A stretch of DNA of 63,493 nt, filler included, from Intoshia linei (lineage: Eukaryota; Animalia; Orthonectida), in the NCBI GenBank assembly GCA_001642005.1. It is 5 parts of 5 records of this genome, joined end to end, with 100 filler letters (N's around TTAATTAATTAA, not from the genome) between each part and the next. Parts side by side here need not be neighbours in the genome. Positions count along the whole stretch, not along the records: positions 36,558 to 59,524 come from LWCA01000576.1; positions 59,625 to 62,355 come from LWCA01002229.1; positions 62,456 to 63,493 come from LWCA01002833.1; 2 more parts are not named here. One strand, written 5' to 3'. This document shows, piece by piece, positions 54,458 through 63,493 of this stretch. Both the position numbers and the translations under genes were made by a program. Under the pieces are notes generated by a model. That model had not been told where the DNA came from and did not search any database. It saw nothing but the letters and a program-made list of their open reading frames with translations. The stretch's first letter is position 1; each line of letters starts with the position of its first letter.

Positions 54458-57400
54458 AGTATTTGCATTTTGATGATACTGCTATCGATTATCATTTCAA
54501 CTGTAAACGATTTAGGATTCTTTCTAAATACATTCAATATATCTATTAATTACGAAGAAACTGTATATATGACAGGCTATGTTGGATTAATTACTTCTAC
54601 AATCGTGTTTATAGTCATTACTGCCTCATATATTTCCTATAGAGTCAACATCAAATCATTCTTGATTAGTGTAAGTCAGTAATATTATATAAATTTTAAC
54701 TAAATTACATATACATATAGATCTAAAACTGTAAACCCCTAAAATTTACGCATTCTCGGTAAAAAAAAACTTTTAAAATATAAAGAACCAACTGGCGTGA
54801 TTATTATGTATTCGTAAAAACAGCCACTAGTTCTACCGATGACCATATTTTTAATTTATTAAGCTATGAGATTATAACCTTAAAAAAAATCAAATTATAC
54901 TTATAACGCTAAATAATCGTCATAAAAAATATAAATCCTAGAAATATAAAATTTTAAATAACTGTAGTACATAGTTTACTCCTAAAATTGTACTGAGAAA
55001 CTACGTAGTACTGATAAAAATACAGAAGGAAGATTGAAACCGATATCTCTGTATTTTTATTGTTCATAAAGTCAATTACCTTTTTTTCAAAATTTTAGGA
55101 TGAATATATACTTTTCATTTCAAATTTTAATTTAAAAAATTGAAATATATTGGTGAATAATATATTAAAAGTTATTTTTCATTGGGAATACGTTGATTTC
55201 TGTGGTTAAAAATTCGTATAAATATTTAGACGTATTATATTCTTACTTATATAATATGCTACGCAATATTTGTGTGTGTGTATGTTCCACTTTATTTCAA
55301 TAACTACCAGTTTTAAAATTTTATAAAGTCCATACTTCAATTACAGTTTTTCCTAAAAATATAATAAGATAAATTTCAACCACCAGGGTATAATTTTGTT
55401 CCAATCAATCAATTTTTTGAATTATTTCGATTGAAATTTGTGTTTGAAACGACTTTATTTCGCATAAAAAGTGTTATTAACGTAAAAATGGACAGATATA
55501 ATCCAATCATGCATTAAATTATAAATTTTTTTGAAAGCTGTGACACTCGAATTAACATATTTATATTCATGTCTTCTGAATTCAGGTATTAGCGATTGGA
55601 ATGTCAATAGTGGTCATACTACTCGTATTCATAATATCAGCCACTGAATTTAAGGTAATTTTATTTTTTGATTAAAATATTTTATAAAATTTGAACTTGA
55701 TGTTTAAATTGATCAAGTAAATTTTCTGAGTCTCAAGTTAATGTGTAACAATGTAATAAACATAATAATTTGTCATAAATAATAATTTAACAACATTTAA
55801 CTTTTACAAATTTAACAATATTATAATTTGGCTAGGTTGACTGTTATGTAGCTCTACCGAGGGCGGAATAATTCTACCCAAAAAATAAATTCAATAATAA
55901 AATCTAAATTAAAAATGTTACTGATTATTAACTATCATTTAAGAACGTCATTCCTAAACTTAAATGTCACTTTATGTTTTAATTTAAACTTGTATTATTT
56001 TTAAATTACCTATGTGAAAATGTATGAAAATAAAAGAATAAAGTTTTTCAAAATTATGCTGTGTATATCATAAAATACACAGACAGTGAAAGGGTTAAAA
56101 ATAGAGCCAAAATAGTAAATTCTAATTCCATAATTCCAAATAAATAAACCTGTATATTTAGTATCTTCTTTTGATGATTAAAAAATATCAGTTTTGTATC
56201 AATAATTAACGGAAGTAGCAGTTTAAAAACATTAAAAAATTTCGAATGAATTTTACCAACATTGCAAGGTTTAACTATTAAAATCTAACTTAAAAATCCG
56301 ACTATTCACTATTATCAATCATTTAAAGGGGCGCACTATTAAAAGATCGTAAATCACATAATCGTAAATCAAATAATCGTCAATCAAAAGATCTTAAAAA
56401 AATAAACTTCATAACTAAACTAAATATAGTAAATTGAATTGGATAAAAAGTATTCTCTGGTGTGAACACCATAGAATATTTTTATTTTTTTTTGTAATAT
56501 GGTTTGTAGGTATAATATGGTATCTTAATATTTTAGTTTTAACTTGGGTCTGTAGTCTAAATTAAATGAACTAGTTAATGAATTATTTAATTTAAACTTA
56601 AACATAATAAATACGATCTTTTGATTTACGATCTTTTGATTTACGATCTTTTGATTTACGATCATGTGATTTATGATATTGTGAACAGACACGCTTTAAA
56701 GGAGAGGTTCTTAAACTTCTATTAATTGTTTCCGGTGGAACCGTCATATCACATTACTTTTTAGTTTAAAGTGAATTATTAAATCTTAATTTTGTTTTAG
56801 TAACATTGGTGTAAAGATTTTTAAAAACAATTATTATCCGATTTTTTAATTTATTGAGACAGAATGTTTGTAAATGTTTGTAAAAATGTTCGCCCTCAGC
56901 AGATCTAGGATGCTGTTTGTACGAAGTATATAAAATTTAAGCTAGTGTATTATAAAAATAAAAAGCGTCAATGCGCATAACAGTGTTATCTATCAATATA
57001 TCTCATTTTATAAAAACGTTATATATATTTATTTTAGTCCGTGACAGTGACAAAATTAATGTTCAATCTTATCGACAAAACTAAACAATCCGATATGCGC
57101 TATCAATTCAGTTCAAGAGTAAGTTTAGTGACTTCTTATGTTTAAAAATTCTGCATTTGTTATTATTAAATGCAAACATAAAAATATTATAATTATTAAT
57201 TTTTCAAACCTCATTTACTTGTGTTCTAAGTCAAAATAACAAAAGTAACCTTTAGGTAAATATTCATGATATTATGACACAAATCTACATTAATCGCCGA
57301 ACAATCGAATTTAACATTAGAAAAATCACACTCCCAGACACAAAGTTAGAGAAACCTTTAAAAAATCATACAAACCATTTTCTTCGTAAAAATGTAAAAG

Positions 57401-58517
57401 TTTTTTAATACATTTAAAACATGGTGTCCCAGATGGTAAAATGAAATTTTATCAATATAGTTTGTTTCAACTATTCATAGCTAATTAGGCCATAATATAT
57501 GTTCAATATCGATCAATCGATAGAACTGCCAAAGACAAAGAGATTACATTTTAAGTTTTAAATAACGCTAAGACTAAATTTTATAATTAAAAAAATTATT
57601 AATTTATAAATACTTTCAGTGTATACAAATTTTAATAAAAGTGTCTAAAAAAGATATTACAATGAACACAAAAAAGGTTCAATTGATCCATGTTCCAATT
57701 ATCGGTTATGAAGATCATTTCCAATCACTTCTCAGGTTGAACTTTTGTATTTATATCAACTGGAATAAGCTCTATCAGAATAATCTTCTTATTTTTAATT
57801 TTCGGACAGTTAATTATTTATATTAATTACTGTACAACCTGTACATGATGTGAAATTCTAGAGCTGTTTTCATTAAAAAAAGAAAGGTAATTTGTGGTTT
57901 TGGCCCTGAACATATTTTTTTATATTTAAATTTATAATAATGTTTGTGATTTTGAAATCCGTATGAGCGTATATATTTTTTAAATTCTCCAACTCGTTTG
58001 ATTTTCAAAAAGAGGGACAACTGGGGTTTTTAACCCGTAAGATGTGGAATTTATCTTATTATACGTTCCGGAAAAACTAATTAAAATGTGGTTTTTATAA
58101 AATTCTAAGACTATTAGTTATTTCAATAATGTGGTACACATACACAAACAAAAATCGCGTAGCATTTTATGTAAGTTAGGATATGTTAAATATTGACCTT
58201 GCTGTATCATTAAAAATTATTTTAAAATCCTAAAAGTCGGTGATTATTCAGGGATTTAACAAATTCAAGCAATTTATCAAGCTGGAAATAAAAATTTTCA
58301 TATTTTTCGTTATAAATTTCGTTAGTTACTTTTGTAGATTTGAATGAGAACACAGGTTACCAAATGTTTATGTATTTAGTTCCAATGCGATTTCATAGAA
58401 TATGATGACCATTATTATCAAGCTACTAAATCATATAATTGTTATATTTATATGATAAATGGATTAATAAATAATAATTTACATTTGATGATATTCATAG
58501 TAAATTATATTGCTCTG
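54458..58517 (+). CDS. Divergent tetraspanin-like 4-TM protein, paralogue B (exons 54458-54670, 55586-55654, 57038-57118, 58380-58517; first and last exons unresolved)
   Basis: Exon sizes 213/69/81/138 bp as in paralogue A; shared TGYVGLIT.T, F.C.F.E....Y....CY.Y...GL and VNYI.L motifs. Confidence 0.72.
56330..56692 (+). mobile_element. 9-bp-TSD MITE inserted into a Helitron-like copy
   Basis: Flanks ATTTAAAGG/CTTTAAAGG; the empty site TCAATCCTTTAAAGGAGTGGTTCC is seen at ~50457-50480. Confidence 0.85.
57733..58181 (-). mobile_element. Helitron-like element, 5' portion, intronic
   Basis: Reverse-complement 5' end ...GCATTTTATGTAAGTTAGGA|T. Confidence 0.7.
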
Positions 58518-58541
58518 GTAATTTTATTATACACATTAGGG

Positions 58542-58787
58542 CAGTGATGGTCAGACTTTTCAGTCGGCATGTCAAAAAATTTTTTTTGCTGTTTTTTTTT
58601 CTAGTTGCTGTCAATTTTAAATTATTAATAATTTTAGACGTGTATACTTTTTTATTATTACACACTTTTGAGTTAATTTTTCAACACTATATTAAAAATT
58701 TCAAATAAGCTTTTTACCTGCAGCCTTGCAGACGTAATCCCTAAGCGTGTCACTAGTGACACGCTTGTCATATTTTTGCCATCACTG
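58542..58787. mobile_element. hAT-type MITE with internal 24-bp perfect palindrome
   Basis: TIR CAGTGATGG / CCATCACTG, 8-bp TSD CATTAGGG/CATTAAGG, palindrome AAGCGTGTCACTAGTGACACGCTT at 58743-58766. Confidence 0.8.
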
Positions 58788-59524
58788 CATTAAGGTGTTT
58801 CCAAAACGGATAAATTGTGTAAAATGCATAGGTTTATCAATAGAAAACAAGAACATTATCTAGAAATCACATTGTGATAAAATGTGATTATTGGTTAACA
58901 AAAAAACCTTTCTGTTGCCCAAATCTTTTATGCCCTAATTCTGTTAAAACTGTGAAATTTTATATATGCATTGATTTAATACGCTAAAGTTTGTTATTAC
59001 GCTAGAAAACATGAAACTACCTATCTTACTTACAAAAAAATTTGTAAAAATACATTTTACTGTTTGTTCTTATTATCTATATTGGAGGCATCACAGTCCA
59101 GAATAAAATCTTATTTATTAATGGCAACTTTAAAATGGGAGCTCTTTTTAATTAATTTTTTATCGAATTAAACGACTGCTGCTGTTCATCTCCACATTTG
59201 AAGTGTATACCTGTTTTTAACAACCTAGTTAAAGGTTCAGACTGTTTGAGAATTGTTTTATAAATGTGCCATAAAATGAACACATGGTTAAAAATCTCCG
59301 CATTTGTCAGATGGTTTTGGGTGGGTATTAGGATGTTAACTTTTTTCTAAGAACAAAAATACAGGGTTATACAGGATGAGAAAAAAATTCTAAGAACCAT
59401 GGTACCATTCGTTAAGCCTAAATTTTGAAAAATATCGGCCTACTCAAAGGAAATACTTTTCATAAATAAAATTTATAACATTGTGTGTAACCTTGCCATT
59501 ATGTTTATATTATTTATTCAAATC

Positions 59525-59624
59525 NNNNNNNNNNNNNNNNNNNNNNNNNNNNNNNNNNNNNNNNNNNNTTAATTAATTAANNNNNNNNNNNNNNNNNNNN
59601 NNNNNNNNNNNNNNNNNNNNNNNN
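59525..59624. other. Artificial contig-joining spacer
   Basis: N44-TTAATTAATTAA-N44. Confidence 0.95.
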
Positions 59625-59721
59625 TATTAATTATTATTAATATATTAATTATTATTATTAATACATTAAATTACTAAAGTATATGTTACCGTCCGTTTAG
59701 AGTTTTAGTCATTTTGCTATT

Positions 59722-59917
59722 TTGTTGCTAAAAGTGAAGTTTTCCCATAAGGGTTGGTAAAAGTGGATATTTTTTTTAAATGTTGGTAAAAATGGAATTT
59801 TTCTTTAAGGGTTGGTGAAGGTGGATTTTTTACGTAAGGATTGGTAAAAGTGGATTTTTTCCGTAAAGGTTGGTAAAAGTGGATTTTTTCCTTATGGTTT
59901 GGTAAAAGTGGATTTTG
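59722..59917. repeat. Minisatellite, ~29-bp unit, 6-7 copies
   Basis: Consensus about AAGGGTTGGTAAAAGTGGATTTTTTCCGT, head-to-tail. Confidence 0.85.
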
Positions 59918-61385
59918 GAATGATGGATTGAAAAAATTTAAAATTAAAGATTAATTCACGGTTCTGCGTATATTTAAACATTTATTGTATGATAAAACTG
60001 ATACAAAAAAAATTGAAACTGTATGTCTATTGTAGTCAGTAATTATCATTAACATTATAACTTTAATATATATTATATACACGTACTATTAATATAATAT
60101 ATTAATATATTAACTTACTATTATATGATTATATTAACTAACATATACTATATAATTATAGATAGTAAATATAACTAAACATATCTTAGTTTTAATAAAT
60201 TTAATATTAATGTCAACAACATAATCAAATACCAAAATAATAGTTGGTAATATATTAATAATATTTTTTTGTATAATCAATGATTATTGATCATATTGTT
60301 TTATTGAATTTTTTGTCAAAATATCTAAAAAATTATTTTAGGAAGTAAATTTGCAATATTTTAAATGTGAAATTGCTTATGTGATTTAAATTTTTAATTA
60401 GTTTATACGATGTCATTACGTTTAGTTTGTAAATTTATTATAAATTTTTTATTATGTAGTACATTTATACTAAATTTATAAATAATTTACAAAATTATAA
60501 AAAAAAATTACGAATTTATTATTTTTGTGTTTAAATGTGCTAATTTACCGTAAAATTATTATATTAATCAAAATTTTAGTTTGTAAATTGATTTACCTAC
60601 ATTTTATATTCAAATAAACATTGATTTATACAAATATATTAAAATTATATTAAACCTGCAGTGAAGCCTTCACTATCATACAGAAACTTTTAAAATGAAT
60701 CCATAAAATCTTTTCTTAGCTTGCTTCCCATTTTCAATAAAATCAATATAAAGAAATTGGCCAACTTAATAATTATTTAATATTTCCTGGGTCATAGAAA
60801 AAAAATAAATATAATGCTCATCTGATAATAGACAAACAACGAAAATGATGAATTTTAGGTATAATTAAGTATAATATAATATTTTAATTTTACAACATAC
60901 AATTTTAAAATACAAAAAACTATGTAAATTATTATAAGTGCATGTGATATGCTTTCTGTATATGCAAATATAAATTTATGCAAATTTTCCTAAGTATTAA
61001 CATTATGCGTATGGTAACATTTTATTATATATTATTATTAATTGTTAGAATTTTTACATTTTCCAACTACTGCATATAAAGTATATAACACCCATCATTT
61101 TAACACTGTTTAAATACTGCAAATGAAAAATTTAACCATATTTATAGTCTACATATATAATTCATTAACAAATAAAATAGAAATAAAAAAATACTTGAAA
61201 ATCTTTGTTCGTCATCATAGATAAGTAGTTTTGACTTTACATTTATCACCAAATAAACTAAAATTGATAGTACGTATTTTTTCTGGCCACTTTATTTTAT
61301 GCACTTAACCCTTTCACTGTCTGTGTATTCTATACTATACACAGTAATTTCACTTCACACATCTGTGTATTCTATAATATACACT

Positions 61386-61580
61386 AGGGTGTTAACTTTT
61401 TTCTAAGAACAAAAATATAAAGTTATACAAAATGAGAAAAAAATTCTAAGAACCATGGTACCATTCGTTAAGCCTAAATTTTGAAAAACATCGGCCTGCT
61501 CAAAGGAAATAGTTTTCATAAATAAGATTTATAACATTGTGTGTAACCTTGCCATTATGTTTATATTATTTATTTAAATC
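61386..61580 (+). repeat. Dispersed repeat nearly identical to 59330-59524
   Basis: ~195 bp with few mismatches (GTTAACTTTTTTCTAAGAAC...TTATT.AAATC). Confidence 0.8.
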
Positions 61581-62355
61581 GTCATTTCTATTGACAACAA
61601 TCTTACCTGCCTACGAAAAAAATTAAAATGGGTGTAATTAATGACAAAAAAATATTTTTTTCTCTCTATTTTATATTCAAAATTTCTTCAGTAATTGCTA
61701 AAATTTTTTTTTGTGTCAAAATAATATAAACGTAATATAATTAACATATATTACTTAATGGAAGTCAGCTCAACATAAAAATAATAATTATTTTGATTCT
61801 AACCAGATTGTAATGTTTCATGTCTTTTATATTCTATCTATAAAACAAAAAGAATTCTCAATAAATATGTAAATAAAGGTTAACAGAAGTATAGGTTAGC
61901 ATCATGTAACTATAAATCTTTGAGAAGCAAAATTTTTGACAAAAATGTAATTAGTATATAAAATCTCACAGAAATTATACAACACGGGTATAAGATTGAT
62001 GAAATTTTAAGGAAGCCAAATTCGTAACTTTGGACCCATACAAGTTGTACGGTTGTAAGTTGTATCATAATAATTCATTTAAAAAAGTTTGTTGCATCAT
62101 ATGTATATTTTTTCACTGTTAAATGTTCTACCGTAGAATTCACTCATAAAAAGCAACCTTTCCACTTCTATTAAAAAAATTTATTTATACTATTTCTCAG
62201 ATTCTTTACGGGTTAAAGTAACGACAGTACCATAAGTACTTTCAAATGCCTAAAAAATTAGATTTGTTACATGTAGTGACGAATAATTAGATAATGACAT
62301 TGTTAATCGACTTGAAATTAATAATAATCATAAAAAATAATATAATAATAATAAA

Positions 62356-62455
62356 NNNNNNNNNNNNNNNNNNNNNNNNNNNNNNNNNNNNNNNNNNNNT
62401 TAATTAATTAANNNNNNNNNNNNNNNNNNNNNNNNNNNNNNNNNNNNNNNNNNNN
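62356..62455. other. Artificial contig-joining spacer
   Basis: N44-TTAATTAATTAA-N44. Confidence 0.95.
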
Positions 62456-62529
62456 AATTTTATATTTATCGTCATATTTTTTGTATATTATAACCTAAAT
62501 AAAATGTTTGATCTAAATAAGTACTACCG

Positions 62530-63450
62530 ATAGGTATTACATCGATTAATTATATTGTTATATTTTCAAAATTAATGTATACGTAATAAGAATGGATTTA
62601 TTTGCATACGCGAAAAATTTCGTATTTAAAAAATATGTATCATAATGAAGAAATATAATAATCCGATTTATCGACCTGCTAGTTACATATATTTGTTAAC
62701 CCTTACAAGACAATAACACGTATACATGTAAAAAAGTACAATCATAAAATTACTATTGTTTGCCAGCATGCAAAAAAAATCAACTGATAAATTTAAATTG
62801 TCAGCATACAAACAAAAATAAGGCGGTACTTATGTCAATTGTGAACAAATTATTACTCATAAATAGTGCTTTAATAAAAATGAATAGTCTCGTAAGGGTT
62901 AAATTGTAATTCTTAACATTGTTCTATTTCAGAAATTTAATTTTAAAATTCAAAATTTGATAATTTAAAATGGGCAAAAGTAAAGATATTTATTCCCAAA
63001 CAAAAAATCATATAATTGCTAGAAAAATCTGATTACAGTCAACACAAAATTGCAGACATGTGTGGTGTGTCTCAGTCAGCTGTATCCATTATAAAATATT
63101 ATAATATGTCGAAATCTCAACAAAGTAGTAATTTATACAGAAAAAGGTATGGTAAAAAAGATCCACGAATCAAAGAACAGACCAAGTTATACTCAGAACA
63201 GCTCTAGCAAATAGAAATTCTAGCTGCGCTGAAATCTCTAGAAAATTACAAACTCAAAATGTTAATGTGTCAAGGTTAATTGTTAATCGTAGACTATTGC
63301 AGTCAGCTTACACATCTTACCGAAAAACAAGAAAACCCCTCCTTATTGAGACAATGAAAAAAAACAAGGTTTTTATGGGCAAAAAGTCATAATAATTGAA
63401 ATGAACATAAATGGAGTGAGGTCATTTATTAATAAGTTCAAATAAATTGT
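62530..63450 (+). mobile_element. Second decayed Tc1-like copy
   Basis: Collinear with 52055-52790; ATGGGCAAAAGTAAAG at 62970, with independent frameshifts. Confidence 0.8.
62700..62898. mobile_element. piggyBac-type MITE family 1 nested in the Tc1-like copy
   Basis: TTAA|CCCTTACAAGAC ... GTCTCGTAAGGG|TTAA; absent from the 52 kb copy. Confidence 0.88.
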
Positions 63451-63493
63451 ATTATATTATATTCATTAATTTTGTACTAATTAATAAAAAACC

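Noticed and set aside
59722-59917. CRISPR array
   Set aside because: Units are head-to-tail with no unique spacers, there are no cas genes, and the context is eukaryotic.
11492-62455. TTAATTAATTAA embedded in N runs as a biological motif, and gene linkage across the gaps (e.g. UPF2 fused to POLA1)
   Set aside because: The identical 100-bp spacer occurs four times and is an artificial linker, so adjacency is unproven.

Overview
Very AT-rich (roughly 75-80% by eye) eukaryotic, almost certainly animal, genomic DNA. Many introns are GT-AG and only 35-55 bp long, while others are inflated by transposons. This is compatible with a compact parasitic invertebrate such as the orthonectid Intoshia, but that is an inference I cannot verify. 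The window is five contigs joined by artificial N44-TTAATTAATTAA-N44 spacers (11492, 36458, 59525, 62356), so adjacency across those points is not biological evidence. Genes read by hand-splicing: a bHLH factor (-), the 5' half of UPF2 (+), the 3' end of the DNA polymerase alpha catalytic subunit (+), a 3-exon ~1444-aa N/Q/Y-rich orphan (-) with a broken glycogen phosphorylase fragment inside its last intron, a SPATA4/SPEF1-type CH-domain gene (-), an intronless GABPA-like ETS factor (-), an unknown 232-aa ORF (-), the 3' part of an SNX9/18/33-like PX-BAR gene (+), and a tandem pair of divergent tetraspanin-like genes lacking the CCG motif (+). Intergenic and intronic space is dominated by an abundant non-autonomous Helitron-like family. 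There are also TTAA (piggyBac-type), 9-bp-TSD (Mutator-type) and 8-bp-TSD (hAT-type) MITEs, decayed hAT and Tc1 transposases, a LINE 3' fragment, a tRNA-like relic and a minisatellite. I found no CRISPR array or prokaryotic system. The best candidates for undescribed biology are the CCG-less tetraspanin-like pair, the prion-like orphan with its intronic phosphorylase fragment, and the nested transposon families.
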